Positions 45,071-60,700 are shown, counted from the first letter of the stretch. The stretch is 64,000 nucleotides of DNA from Trichoplax adhaerens (GCF_000150275.1 NW_002060946.1:2747454-2811453), one strand, 5' to 3'. A program made the numbers and translations. Notes: generated from the sequence alone by a model not told the origin.

Positions 45071-47193
45071 TTAATTTCCGGTATACATTGGCTTTCTTTT
45101 TTCTGAAAAGGCCTTCAATCCTTCTATACGATCTTTCGTCGGAATAACCTGCAGTATAAGAGAATATATCAATTTAGAGTAGTCACATTAAATTGATACC
45201 TCTAAAGTATCTATAGTTTGATTGATAATTTACTTGAGCATAGTATGATTCTTCCAATGCAAGGCCAGTCGCTATATCTGTCTGTATTAATTTAAATTGT
45301 ATTTAGTGATTAATGATTCGTTAATGGAAAGTTTAGGTTCAGATAAAAATGAGAAAATTACGTCAAGATTAAGTAAATTAGATTATTAACTTACTTCTAT
45401 GCCACCATTAATTGCGGCTTTAGCCATCCTCACAGCTAAGGGTCCCTATAGTATATTTATTATAGTAAGACATAATTTCCTTTAGTGTGAAGAGGTCACT
45501 GCTTCTTAACTGAATGCCTTTATAACAACCTGTGGCAAAATTTGTTCAGCCAATGATACAGCAGCATGATAAGCTGCATCGCCTTCTACAGATTGCTCGA
45601 CAGCTTCTTCTACTAAACCTATTTTTGCAGCTTCATGTCCATTAAGAATTTTAGCGGAGAAAATTAACCGCTTCGCTTGTGCAATTCCTACAATTCGTGT
45701 TAAACGTTGTGTACCACCGGCACCAGGAATAATTGCCAACTTTGTTTCAACGAGACCTAACTTAGCATTTGAGGCTATTGAATATAGCAAGTTTATAATG
45801 TAGTTAGATTGCTATAATATTGACACACTGCAGATAATATTATACAGACTTATTTGCTACAGCAGGTCTTCATCTTAATAAATGCAATGGTACAAATAAA
45901 TAATCTAATGGATCGTATTGTATAAGATCTACTCGCATATACAAGTATACCTGCTAATCTAAAATCACATGCAAGAGCAATTTCCAACCCTCCACCTAAT
46001 GCAGCTCCATCTAATGCAGCAATTGTTGGCATTGGTAAAGCAGCAATACCAGATAATAAAGCTCGAAGACCAGATACGAAAGGTCCAACTTCTTCAGGCG
46101 GCATTTGCAATCGTTCTTTTAAATCTGCACCGGCACAAAAGATATTAGGTACAGCACTTCTGAGAATGACTACTCGGACGGATTTGTCATGCTTCACAGC
46201 TTCTATTGATTCTCGAAACTAAAAGACAAAAAAGTAGACATAACAAAACTGATTTGGCAGATTACAGTAGATGTTAACTTTGTCCTTTAGCAATACACTT
46301 CAAGGAAATTCAGCATGCAGCGAGTATAAGATGAAGTGATCTGAAGGGCAGTATGGAATTGCGTAATAAATTACAATATCAAAATTTAACCGTAAAAGAG
46401 TTATTGAAATATCAGACCACTACATTCAGTCTTGTCAGTCAATGACAGCGATTTGAAAAATCTGCACATGCATTGATTACAGCTTTTAGATCGCAGAGAT
46501 AATACAAAACGAAGGAGTATTTTGGATTCTTATACGAATCGCAGTTGGTGACATGGAGCTCAAAAATTAGTGATCATAATTCGTAATGCACTTTGGCCTA
46601 ACTTTGAATGTAAAGCGTCATTGCCTGTTAATACAAGACATTACACAGCTAAAAGCTGTGTAAAGAATAAAGAATAACAAGGTAATGACAGTAAGACTCA
46701 GCTATAAATATATTCCATAATAATACATTTGCAGGTCAAAGAAGTAAAAAGGTCATGATTGTATGGCTCCATATGCAGCCATCAATGTATCTGTTTATAC
46801 CGATATCTCGTCATGTTCAGCCTATCCTTACCTGGTTAGCAACGTGTTTACTTATAGCATTCTTAGCTTTGGGTCTATTAAACGTAAAGACAGTAATACC
46901 TGTTCGAAGTGATGGTGAAATAAGATCACTTTATAATCAATCAATAAACAAATCATACAATTTATTATCTACTCCAGGAAATTATGCTTAAATTGCTAAC
47001 CTTCCTGATCTCCGCTTAATCTTTCAGCATAAAAGTCATCTTTTATTGCTTCTGAACGTAAGGAAGAGTAGCAACATTGAGCACATCTGTTGAATGAAGC
47101 TGCTTGGCCATCGGCAACTTTTGCAGGTAAAATCCTCCTACTGGAAAGCATCAACCCTGCAGAAAATCGACTAAACCGATGCAAACTTGCCAT
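45071..47193 (-). CDS. AUH: Methylglutaconyl-CoA hydratase, mitochondrial (crotonase family)
   Basis: Arg/Ser-rich transit-peptide-like N-terminus [13 protein letters not shown]; [11 protein letters not shown]; [11 protein letters not shown]; [16 protein letters not shown]; [20 protein letters not shown]; [23 protein letters not shown]. Confidence 0.95.
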
Positions 47194-47711
47194 GTTATGA
47201 TTCACCTAGCAATATTACAGTAATTACTATTTACGTTAGCAGAGTAAACTATAAAAGATCTCAAGGCTATCCAATGGCAAATAACAATATTTGTAGTTCG
47301 TAAACGGAGGCAAATGGCCTGCTGCAAGTGTTGCACAGTAGATCATCAACGACGACAGTATGACCTCTGAAAAGCCCTTGAGAATCTATACAAAGTAGTA
47401 TACTCGTCCTACTGTAGTGCATTGTCTATAGCGCTTCATCACCGTACAGTATAGTAGCTCAGGCTCTCGTCGTCATCGTCGTGCTATCGGCATGAGAGTT
47501 AAGGCATAGAAATACGGCTCGCTGCAACGCTTCGTATTGCACAGTATGAACTACAGACTGCTACTGCGCACGGTACCTTAATGGCTCTCTTGACGCTGGG
47601 AGCCCAACTCCATGTTTACTAATTAATTAATTATTTAATTAATTCATTCGTCTGCAGTTCTCGAATCGACTTCTCCATTTCATCAACCTACGGATCCTAT
47701 CCAAGGCAACC
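47194..47711. promoter_or_regulatory. Short divergent (bidirectional) promoter interval AUH/LTA4H
   Basis: Start codons are 518 bp apart, head-to-head; locally higher GC/CpG, with ACAGTA-type motifs. Confidence 0.65.
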
Positions 47712-50700
47712 ATGGCTGACCCAACGTCTTTTTCTAACTTTGATCAATGTTTAGTTTCCCATATGTCTTTAGACTGGAGTATTAACTTTGATACGAAAAG
47801 AATTGAAGGAAATGTTACCCTGGCAACTCAAGTAGTAGCAGATGATGTGTCGAAATTGGTAATATTGCTGAATGCTTCAATTACTGGTGGAGCAGTTTCG
47901 ATGTGTATGATTGCAAATATAAATGTTACGATTACCTGAGTTGTAGTTAGAGAATTTTCCATATTGAGATATAATTCTATCTGAACTCAGTTATTATTAC
48001 TTAGGTATAGTTTGATTGAAAGGCTTCTCTAACTATTTCACGATTAATGTACCATATTAGAAGTGTTTTGGGAATCAGCTCGGTTTGTCAATGTGACTAA
48101 ATTTCCTGGCAAAATCGTTATTATAAAAATATTTCAATATTGCGATCAAATTTCAAGTAAATACTGTAATATAGTCCTGTAGAGACTCCAGTTGGCATTG
48201 CCCTGAAATCATAATGAAGCTCCGTAAAGTTAATGCAACCGATAGCAAACAATTACAGAATAAGATCATAATTATAATTAATCATTGTACTGTATACCGA
48301 CGTAATCTAAGGTATAAATCAATCTTACTTCTGCTATATCCGTGACTGATGGTAGTAATAGGCTTATCCACTATGTAGATAATTTAATACAGGAATCCTA
48401 AATTTAACCCAAACTGGACTGACAAGTTATACAGCATTTATTTGGATAGTAGTTAGCTGGAGCGGTGCAAGCTTAGTTAATGGCTCAAGCCGAGACCCAT
48501 CTAGTTGCTATGATAGACTGTGCTACGACCTACGGCAACATACGCTAGATCCATTATCTAACTTGCTAATGATAGTCTATACTGTAAGGGGATCACAACT
48601 CATTAATCTTTCCATCAATGTAAAAATATTTATATTATATTTATGTTTACCAAATTAATAGGCCTGTAGACATTTTACTGACAGAATTTACTCATTTATT
48701 TCTTCATTCTCGATATAGATCCTTGATACTCGTGATATAGCAGTAACTCGTATTTTTGATAATGACACGGGCAAGGATTTCAACTACAGCTTTACGGAAA
48801 ATATTCCAGCATTAGGGACCGCTTTAGAAATTCAACTATCTGAAACAATCAGGTTTGCTATTACTCACGGATTTACGCGTATACAGATAGGTATTTTTAA
48901 AACCCAATTTAGAATTCCAAATGATCGGTAATAATTATCAGGGGCGCTAAAGCGAATATTTGCATTGAATACAAAACTGACCCCAACGCTTCAGCAATAC
49001 AGTGGCTCGATCCTTTGCAAACTTCCGGCAAAAAGCAACCTTACATGTTTACTCAGTGTCAGGTAATTTGACTATGATGCTGCAAATAGGCCGAATAAAA
49101 CGGTCTACGAGCATTAACTGTATATCATAATTTGATATCTACACGATAAACTTTATTGTAATGTTATACTGTAGGCAATACATGCGCGAAGTTTAGTGCC
49201 TTGTCAAGATGTTCCTGGCGTTAAAATAACCTATAAAGCAAAAGTAAGCAAGCTGCTCTTTGATACTCCGAATAAAACTTTTTAACGACATAGTACTAAG
49301 AATAATAGTATACTTTAAAAGTGATTAATTGCCATTTACGTAATTATACGAGCTCTAACCGAAGAATATCTTATTAATAATTGAGTAGCTCAATGTACCC
49401 TCAGGTCTCGTTGCTGTAACAAGTGCTATTCGCCGAGGAGATGAGATCGATACCAAAGATCCTACTAGGAAAATATTTTTTTCTGAACAATCGGTAATTG
49501 TATCGATTTCTAAATATATCAGTTTATTAGTTACTACGATTCGCCTTGTTATAGTACTGTATTATTCATAGCGGATAAGGCAATTTGTTCTCTATTAAAT
49601 CAAATTTATACTTAAGGTAATATAATTATTATGTTTTTCTCATCAATCACCTTAATAAAATAAGGTTCCGATTCCAAGTTACCTGATTGCTTTAGCTGTC
49701 GGTGCATTAGAAAGCAGGTAATACGATGATTTTTATTATCTGATGAGAGTAGTATACTATATTTCAGCCTTATTTAGTCCCAGTTATAAGTTGCATATAC
49801 GTTTACTTTGAATTTTAATTATGATGTCGTAGGAGAATCGGGCCAAGATCTCATGTATGGTCAGAAAAGGAGACCGTAGACGCTGGTGCTTTCGAATTTT
49901 CAGAGGTAAACTATAAAATTTTCTTATTTAAGCACCTATAAATTACTTCTTTATAGCAATCACTTTAATTAATTATCTTCTATACTTGTTAGACTGAGAC
50001 AATGCTTAAAATAGCCGAGGACTTACTAGGGCCATATTTATGGGATCAGTATGATTTACTACTTTTACCACCATCATTTCCTTATGGAGGAATGGAAAAC
50101 CCTTGCCTTACATTTGTTACACCAACTTTACTGGTACAGTACTTATCTATGTACTAAGGATATGTATAATTACTGTACAATTATAGAAGCAATAATACAC
50201 GGTATAGAACGATTAATAATAACGGAAATGTGTAAAGATAAACTAGATCGTTACTAATAATTACTATGGTCCTTTATAATTACGACAGGCTGGCGATAAA
50301 TCTTTAGCAAATGTAAGTACTTTTCAATTATAAATATTATCACTCTTCGTTGTTTGTATTTGTTAACGTATCTATGACATACGACTGTAACCGTACGCGT
50401 ATAAATTGTGTATAAAATTAACGAATGTAAATAAAAGGTAATTGCACATGAAATCGCTCACAGTTGGACAGGCAATCTAGTAACTAACGCATCTTGGGAA
50501 GATTTTTGGTATGTATGTACTTTATTAAGTATTATACTTATTAATTAAATATTACTCCTATAGCGGATTTTAGTTACGAATGACGAAATTTTAATAATTG
50601 GTATAATTGAACAGGCTGAACGAAGGTCATACAGTATTTGTAGAACGTAAAATTGCCGGTCGAATGTTTGGAGAAAAGATGAGGCAGTTCGCAGCTATTG

Positions 50701-52376
50701 GTACGTAAGTATAATTGTGTTATGATCTCAGCTCTGATATTTGTAGGATACATGCAAAAGTGGATTAAATTGAATAGTAGTAAAATATTCAGCAATCCTT
50801 AATTATAACTCAATTCATTAATTTAAGGTGGATGGAAAGATCTGATGTATAGTGTAAGTTTTATCTTATTGTGTAAGCCGACACATTAAATCTTTAATTT
50901 TAAATCATTTCTTTATACTTAATCATGGTATAGTGCTGACTTTAGTTCTATTAATGTTTATTATCAGGTCAAGAGATACGGAGATAATCATCCATTCACG
51001 GCACTTGTACCTAAATTAGACAGAATAGATCCTGATGATGCGTTCTCCAGCGTTCCCTATGAAAAAGGTTTTGCACTCTTGTATCACTTAGAGCAAGTTG
51101 TCGGAGGTCCAGAGGTGTTCGAACCTTTCCTTAAGAGCTATATTCAGCATTTTAAATACAAATCATTAAAGACTTCGGAATGGAAAGATTATCTATTCTC
51201 TTACTTCATTGATAAAGTGAGAGTGCCATCTCGCAGTGAATTTTTTTAGGAATTAAAATTAAAATTTTTTATGTTAAGTGTAACGAAATTGTTAAACTTT
51301 ATAAGGACACTCAAGATGCTCTCGCGAAAGTCGATTGGGACGGCTGGATAAACAAACCCGGAATGCCTCCTACTACATTAGAGTAAGTTTTAGTTTATAT
51401 TCGTTAAAATATTCGGTTGAATTGTTAACACTACATTTAAATTGTATAGTTATTAACTTAATAGTTATAATTTGCAGATATGACACATCATTGGCCGATG
51501 CTTGCACAGAATTATGCAATCGTTGGTTAAAGGTAATAAAATAGAGATGTAGATTTATAGTCAATGAACGATCGCGTTAATTTCTAGAACAACCTGTACA
51601 TAGGCATCGGAAGAAGAACTGGAATCCTTTAGTAGTGATGATATTAAAGACTTTTCTTCTCCTCAAGTAATCGAATTTCTTTCCAAATTACTTGTTGAGG
51701 TAATATTTCTCTGCGTTACAACATGTTTACGAGTATGTAAGGAATGATTTAGTTTTGTTAAATGTAGATACACTTATTTAAAATGTAGGCACCGATTACA
51801 GTTAAGAAGGTAAAAGCAATGGATAAAGCATATTCAATGGGTACTCGCATCAATTCAGAAATTCGTTTTAGGTAGATTGTAAATTGCAAATATTTTTATG
51901 TACGATAATCACATCGACTATAATGTCGTTATTTTATTATAGAATAGAAGGTATTGGAGTTTACGCTTAGATCATTGATTTTTGTGTTCAATGTAATTTT
52001 ACTGATTGCACTGTAAATGTTATTATTTGTTACTAATATTACTAAAATACATGTGGAATTACATAGATGGCTGCGGATTTGTGTACGAGGTGGTTGGGAG
52101 AATTCCTATTCTGTAGCTTGTTCATTCATAACTGAACAGGGTCGCATGAAATTTGTTCGACCATTATATCGGTAATACGCGTATGATATGTAATACTTGT
52201 GATTTATTAAAATTTGCATGCTATACTAAGACTTGGCTGATTATATTATGAACGTGTTTAGGGATCTGTACAATAATGCAGCTTCTCGAGATCTAGCCAA
52301 ATCGACTTTTGGTCAAAATTGCAATTTTTATCATAATATAGCATCGAAGATGATTGCCAGCGATCTACAAATGTAA
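47712..52376 (+). CDS. LTA4H: Leukotriene A4 hydrolase / M1 aminopeptidase
   Basis: MADPTSFSN; [27 protein letters not shown]; [11 protein letters not shown] (GXMEN); [17 protein letters not shown]...WLNEG (HEXXH-X18-E); [15 protein letters not shown]; [12 protein letters not shown]; stop at 52374-52376. Confidence 0.97.
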
Positions 52377-55300
52377 CTACTGTACGCATAAATGGCCTTA
52401 TTGCATTCGTTAGTAAAGTACTAGCAATTATGGCATTAAGATTACTCTTTACATTTAATTATGTACTAACTAAGAGAATGTTTCGAGCGCAGTAATAGAC
52501 TATCCAACGTTTTATAGTGCTATGATTAGTATAATAATACGACTTAGATATGATATAAGAGTCATTATATAATTTGTATTAAATTATTAGATGTTAAAAA
52601 ATAAATCTTTTGTTTTAGTGTTTAGTACAACGAGAGATCCATGCTGTCAGATAGTGCGAGTATGATGTAATTATAAAGCAATATTATCATTTTAATAAAA
52701 GTAGTACATTATCTTCAGTTATGTTTATTAACGTAGATATCTACGATCACCTCACATATTTGTGGATTACGATGTGATCGCTTATTGACTGTAGCTGAAA
52801 AGCAGTTATTGTTTATTCCAATCTATCAATCTTCAATTAATTATGCAAAAATGGACTATAGGCAGCTTGAGCTAACGCCTACGGCATCTAACTACAACTG
52901 CAAAACTTACTTATGTCATTTCGAATAATATCTCAAATGCTAGATGCATAGAATTGAATCACATATCAAGGAACGATATCTGCACTATCAGGAACACTTT
53001 TGCTCTACTAGAAGACTACACAAAGACTTAGACGCCTCGTATTTTACTTTAAACACTAAGTTTAAGAATTAACTTTATTACGCGATATATTGCATTTATA
53101 TACTCTTCCTCAATAGTTCATGAGTCATAGTTAGTACGATAAACTTTGGAATCATTCACTGAATTAGACATTAATTTTAGCTACTGCTCCCTAATGCAGA
53201 CAACTGTATTTACGAATATAGACATCTGATGACCAATACAGAATAGTTAGATTACGATACGTCCTATCACGGAACATTTCCACGATAATTTACAATCTAC
53301 CATAAGCAAGTTACAATCACAATGATTAGAATTGTAAGTAGATAATTCGCATTCCCTAATATAACTATTAATTTCAGTATATGTATATATGTCACTGTCA
53401 TATAAAGCCAGTGCTATATTAAAACACAGTATATCCAAATTAGAAATTAACCAAATAAGGATAAGCTAACAAAATTATCCTAACATAGATATTTCTACTC
53501 TAATACAGTATATAACACTGTCACAGTAACTAAGCTGTAAGTAACGTGATTTTTTTACCTTCCTTCTACAGCCATGGAATGAGAATGCGTAGAAATTATA
53601 CTCGCTATTTCTCGCTAAACTATTGAGGAAATTGATTGATTTACAATTAATTAAATTTTTTACTAACGATAAAAGAGTTAGCATAATATAGTTTTCGAAC
53701 TACTGTATGTGTATTACGATCTAGTTGTATTGTATTTTCAATGATATACAACAGTAATACATTCTTGAAGCACGAATTTTAGATGTTATGTAGTAGGTTA
53801 AAATTTACTATTACTGATAAAAATATTTATTATTTGTAATAGAATAAACCTAAACTATAGCTTCTTTATTAGTAAAGATTCAGTAAAAATTCAAAATTGG
53901 TAAATTATGCTTAATGATGTACAAACTATGAGTAATAGAATTCTGTAATATAGAATACATGGGGTGATTGCACAAGTTCCCATGCATTTTGAACATAATT
54001 GAACTCATGATAGTTTACTAATAAAATCAGTAAATTGTTTTCTCTGAAAATTAAGCTTACAAAAACTGAATTTATAGGGTAGATATTACAGATTAGAATT
54101 AGAACGCATAAATTTATTCATAGCTTCTATTTTAATAATTACTGATATTGAAAATGTACTCTGAAATAGCATATAACGTATGAATAAGGGTTTCAATAAA
54201 GTTTAGTGATTCAACAGTTAAGCGTAATGTAATTAAGGGTCGGTATTTCTTTTTATTAGGCGCCGTTTAGAGATCAATTTTTAAAATGATGTTACGATTA
54301 GATGTTAAAAAGTTAATTAAGTACCGATGCTCAGCAACGAACTAAGCAAATACCGTTCTTAGTTTACCTTTTATTTATCTATGTTACATACTTTGAGTAG
54401 GAAATAGGATATAATCCGTTATTAGTTACATTAATGGATTATAATTATTTACAAAATTAATGATGAGCCTAATTGCTTCAGCTATGCGTACGAATGCAAA
54501 GGAGCCACGTGCAGTAGCTAAGTAATAAAAATAGGAAGACATAAAATATTTATTTTTTGTCATTTAGTAAACAAAATAGGACATTTACGTCTATGAAATT
54601 GGCAAAAATGAACCTTTTTTGCCTGGTGATAAACGATGAAAAGTGAATATTATGTTAATTCACTAGAACTGACGATTTGCTTTACATTTACTGTATAGGT
54701 AAAACCGAGAGTACTAACAATTTTTAAGTGAGTTCTTGACACCTCGTGGATTGTACAATGATTTTTTCATATACAATCCGTTATTAATAGTTAGGTCTTG
54801 AATTGGTTTACGAGAAATGTTAAATTTATTAGTGTTTGATATATAAAATGATTCTAAAAGTAGGATGAAATGCATAAGATGACTAGTTTCCATTTGTAAA
54901 ATGAAGTTTTCCGTAAATTGAGCCGTGGAATCTCATTTCATAAGCAATATAGTCAAATATTTTAGATGATTAACTGTTTATTCCATCACCTAATCTTTTT
55001 TTGTATAGTGCATGCTAATTTTACAATATAGTAATAATGATGTCATATATTTTAGCTGATGAAGGTTGATTGGTCAAGGTTGTATCAGACGAAATAAGTA
55101 TTGTATGCATAAGATGCATTCATTTACATATCAAGTTAACTTATGAAAAAAATAGCATGAGTGGGACAGTAAATTAACTCCTCCTACTCATTTACAGTCT
55201 TTCTACTATTAGAATTTAAAATTCTTTGTCAGTAAGAGTTTATAAACTAAATAAGTAGCCATTTAATCTTACGTGACAATTTCAATTTTGCCATGCCATT

Positions 55301-57704
55301 GGTAGGTGTGTTTTTTACCGCGGTAAACAGGCATTCTATTTTTTGCGGAAGATTCCAGTAAAATGGCTAAAAAGCAAATAGATAAAAGATGATTGCTTAG
55401 TCTCAGTGATTGTTGGTATCTGTGAATAGGTAGTGATAAAAGTTTGAATATAGCAGCTAATAGAAGTTAGTTGAAATCTTTGGGATATAATCGTAAAAAG
55501 AGATCAACACATTTAAACCTATATCGTCTCTATTTTAGCCTTCTGCTTTCACATGACCAATGTTATTGCCTACGCTCAACTAATGCGTGGTCTATTATCT
55601 CTATATTTATTACTTCATTTTGATATGCTAAGATACTACCGGTATGTAGTATTCTATATTCAATCGAAAATAGCAACACCCATATTAGAGGCTAAATTAA
55701 TGTCTCAAATTAACTTCAATTTCAAAGAACTACAACTGCATTTCATTCTGAACCAATTGGATTGTTTTCTCACTGATGCATCGTATCTTGCAATCAATAG
55801 AAGTAGCATGTTGTTTTTAGCGATTAATATGCATTCCTTTCCCGTTCAGACTCCTTAATTGCAATCCTGATTCTTAATTAACGGAATGAATTTATTTCCT
55901 ATAAGATATAGAATTCTATGTCTGATTCTGACTGGCTTTCGCAAGTATTAATTCAGATTACTGTTTATATTCTATTACATTATGTAATGCATGAGCGTTT
56001 GCTCTGTAAATAAATATGACATAGCACATTAGCATAGTCTCAATAACTTATTCAAATTAAATAACTAGGATCGAAGTCTATTTAATTCTTTAGTTGTACT
56101 TTGTGTTATTCAGATAGAATCTATAGAAAAAGCTATACATGACAAGAAATATAGCATTACGTAATGCTAAAAGAGTCTTAAGGTAGGCGAGTTTTGTGGA
56201 AAAAAAAACTCGTGTATCATCCTATATTTTTAATGCCGTTGAGGCAACTAAAATACGATCATTCAGTATAATCTATGTATGATTATAATTAGGTGGATTA
56301 AGGAAAATTTTTCCTTAATAAATCCTTAACAATTGTTTATTATAACTTGGATTGAGCATGGCAAAGCAAATGGTCCATGCTAGCTATAAAAAAACAACAA
56401 AGTTTTCAAATCACGACCTCTTACAGGTGTTTACTTGATCACATATAACAGACATTGTATAGGCAATCATACATAAGTTAGAAAGCAGAATATCAAATTG
56501 CAATATGGTAACTGGCAAGGCGAATGAGTAAAAACGAGGCAGTAGAATATCAAATCAGATTAATTACGACAACAGCACTAGCAACTGCGTGGTTGTTCAT
56601 CAACGTAAGAATGTTTTACGGAAAATTATTAACTTTTCTATTATTTATCTGGCAATTTTCAATAGACATAGTATCAATTAGGGGGTCATTTGTGGTGTTA
56701 TGAAATGATAGAATATATATTAATGTAACGTGATTGGTTATGCTTCTAAATAATAAGCAGGAATTAACAATTTACCCAATGGATTCATGAGAACAATGAT
56801 GGCTCTTAGCTCATGATGGCCGTTAATGTTCATAAAGCATCTATTTAATTACTGTTACTAAATGATGAAGATCAACATCTCCGTAAATACATATTTAATT
56901 AAATAATTATTTCAACCGTAAAATGATGACAATAAAAGCTTGTCATTCAAACTAATAGCTATTATATTCGATGCGCTCGACTATCTATATAAATAGCAAG
57001 TTTTCCGAATTGCCAGGTTATTTCAGCAGCGATCAGATTAGTGAATCTCTCCTATCGGATTGTGATACAATTTGACATTATTGGTTCGTCTAGAACTTGC
57101 AAATTTTTCGTTTATAATATGCATGAGACTAATTATTTATTATAGGCAAATTACGGTTTAGGTTTTTATATTACATCATTTTCTAAATTTATTTGATTAT
57201 TCATGACTTTTGGATGATTTAAACTACTGTTTATCTTATGTAAAATTTATATAAAAGCCGTAACACCCTTCCATTTTTAAACAGATCTTTAGCATTTTTC
57301 ATTATTGCAAAATCCATCTACTTAAAAAACAAACCGTCATACCTAGCTATTTGCAAATCATTTATCACGGCACCTTGTCCAAATTAAAGTAATTTGCAAA
57401 CTAGTTATCGTTCCGTTATTATCGTATGGATAGAATTAGAACCTATAGTTATTACAAGGCTTGATAGAGCAGAAAATTATTTTGCAAATATCTCAATTTT
57501 TGTTGAATTTGTGTGCGAGTATATTTTTTGCTAGTGTCTATAGATAGGCATTAATTTGTATGTTACGAGGTCACTAAAATAGAATAGTGAAGATGTGCTT
57601 AGTATGACTAAGATAGACAAAACCTTAATTATATCATGAAATTTTAACTACAGTATTATATATAATGTGGTTTTTTAATTTAAATTTTAGAATTTTCTTT
57701 CAAA

Positions 57705-60700
57705 ATGGCTCGTTTACTTCTTGCACCAACTTATGCAGTGGTTCTATTAGCATTAATTATAACAGTTAAATCGGAAACCACTGGTCAACATGAATTTCAT
57801 GCATCCTTGGATGAGGATTTAAAATATTTGCTCGATTGGACTTTTGATAATAATAAGAAAACCATGACATTTACCGTAAGAGTGAAGACAACGGGTTGGA
57901 TAGGATTTGGAATTTCGCCTTATACTGGTAAAATGCCTGGATCTGACATTGTTATTATGTGGGTTGATAATAATGGCAAAGTCTACTTACAGGTATTAAA
58001 AATAAGCTACAAGTTTCATTCTGCTTGACTGAAATTTATAGCTGTTTACCTATTTCTGGGTATGTATACCAATCATTTTACATATTTTAACTTTAGGATC
58101 GATTTGCGGAAAGCAGATCATTACCGGTATTGGATAGCAGTCAAGATTATTACATTGTATCAGGTTACGAGAGGAATGGTACAACAACGATTAAATTTTG
58201 GAGAAAATTTAATACTGGAGATCCTAAAGACCTGCTATTAGATGTAATTTCCTATTTTAAAAAATATTAGACTGTTGAGTTCTTTTCACTCTCTGAGCAA
58301 TCCTTTTTATTAAATACACTTAAATACCTTTTAATATAGACTGGAACGACTCGGTTAATATGGGCTTATAATGCACAAGATCCGCCGGCTACTACGAATA
58401 TTCAAATTCATGATAAAATGGGTGCTCGTAGTCTGAATTTATTCGAGAGAATGCCTGAAAATGATAAACCTTCCATGCCATCGGATGTGCAGACTCATGA
58501 ATGTCGTGTACTAAATGTAATTAGCTAAAAAAATCATAACGAGAGATCTCTTTATGCTTTCATTTATTATAAAATTTGTCTCACTTTATAATTTATTGTC
58601 CTGTCATCACAATAAATCTTTCTCCATATCGATATAGGCTACAATTCCAGCCAGAAAAACGGCGTATTGGTGTGTAGGCTCAAAATTACCAGATCTAACT
58701 AGTAAACATCATATCATTAAGGTGGGCCTGTTAACTGTAGATTTGGTCACTACAATGCAATAAGAAATCTTGAATTGTGATCCCCTATTTTATGAAACCC
58801 GCAACCTCAGTATCTTATTACCTTTGATATTTTTAATGAAGATTAGCTAATACCTACTTAGTTAAGCGGTATTTGTAATCAAATTACATTTCTTTTTCAA
58901 TATTCAAAGATAAAATATACCATTCTTCAATATGTATAAATCTAAGTACTAGAAAACTTTGAGTAGGACCAACACAGAGAAAACTATTACATTTTAAAGT
59001 ACAGACATTCAAAAAATTAGCTATACTACTATTAATTTAACAGGAATTATCCAAACAGCTAACTAACAGTAAATTCACTTACTGCAATGATTCTCTTACT
59101 TTAGATTGAGCCAATCATTACGAAAGGCAATCAAGGAAGAGTCCATCATATGATAATGTACGAATGCCCAGCTAGTCCCGACTGGCATGATTACAGTGCT
59201 GATTGCGATACCGAAAATATGCCAATTGCTTTAAGATATTGTCGTAGTGGTGCTCTTGTGGCCGGTTGGGCTGTCGGTGGTGAGGTAAGGAAAATAGAGT
59301 TGGCACTAGAAGTTGGAAAGGCTGCCACTGCGGCTTCTAGTGAGATTATTTGACGATATATCTCCTAGAGTTGAATTTACTGCTTCTTGCAATAAGTGTC
59401 GATCGATTCCGTATAGGGTATTACTTTCCCGAAAGATACCGGATTTTCTCTCGGTGGAAAAGATGATCCTAAGTTTACTGTTATTGAAATGCATTATGAT
59501 AATCCAGAGGAAAAAGCAGGTATCTGAAATTGTCCATTTTAGTTATACTTTCTTGCAGTTAAAAGCGCCTGGAATTATAATAATTTTTTATTTAAACTAA
59601 GATTGCAGACTTTTCCTGCTTTATATGTATTCCATCTCACGAGGTCCTTTTTATGTAGGTATTGTTGATAATTCCGGCTTTAGAATCTATTATACGAAGC
59701 AAATTCGCAAGTATGATATCGGAGTCTTAACTCTTGGCCATCTTATAACTGCTACTATGGCCATTCCGGAAAAGCAATCGAGCTGGAATATTACTGGTTA
59801 CTGTCCTCAATTTTGTACTGATAGGGTATGTGTAACTCTAGATTCTAGCTGCATAACAAATTATTTTTTGTGATAATTTTAGAACCCCTATTTTTGTAGT
59901 TTGAGTTGATAATCAATTACTTGCCATCAAATAAATTTAGGGATTCATATAATTATTGATAAGTATAAAAATGGTATTAATTATATCTATATTTATCTAC
60001 TACGTTGCAAAAAATTTTTAAATATTGCTTCAATCTTGACTTAATCTTAAGTGTGAAATAATTTAGTCGGTATCTAATAAGTTATGTATATTTATAGGTT
60101 TTATAAATCTTAGTATCAATGTTAATTTTATTGGTTCTAATAAGCTATATATTTTATAGGCTTTGTACAATCCTGGTATCAATATCTTTGGAGTATTCTT
60201 TCATACCCATCTTGCAGGTATGGTATATCTTATTTTAGCCGGATAAATTGTAATTTACGATTAGATTTTCTCACCATTTCGTAAAATCAAGTCATTTTTA
60301 TTGTTTTACTTACTGAAGACAGTTTTTGTTCTTTCATTCCTGTTCACTATCTTGTTGTAGGTATCGCCTTATCCACTAGACACTTTAGGAATGGCAAAGA
60401 ATTGCCAGCGATTGCTGTCAACAAACATTACGACTTTAATTATCAGGTAAAAGCTAATGTCTTGTACAGTTTTTACTTTATAAATACTATAATTTTAAGA
60501 TGGCCTACAATGCAAAAATTTATTAGATATAAAAATTTGTATCTTACTAGTCGGGAATAAAAGAAACGGAATATAATATTAAGGGAGTGAATATGTTTAT
60601 ATCTATATCTTTACTTGTCGTTATTCTATTGTAGGAAATAGTATACTTAAAGAACAATGTGATTGTCTCACCGGTAAGTTTTATTTTCTTTTTCCAGATT

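Noticed and set aside
48448-48600. Possible H/ACA snoRNA in LTA4H intron 1
   Set aside because: A loose hairpin and a terminal ACA are present, but there is no convincing H box or second hairpin by eye
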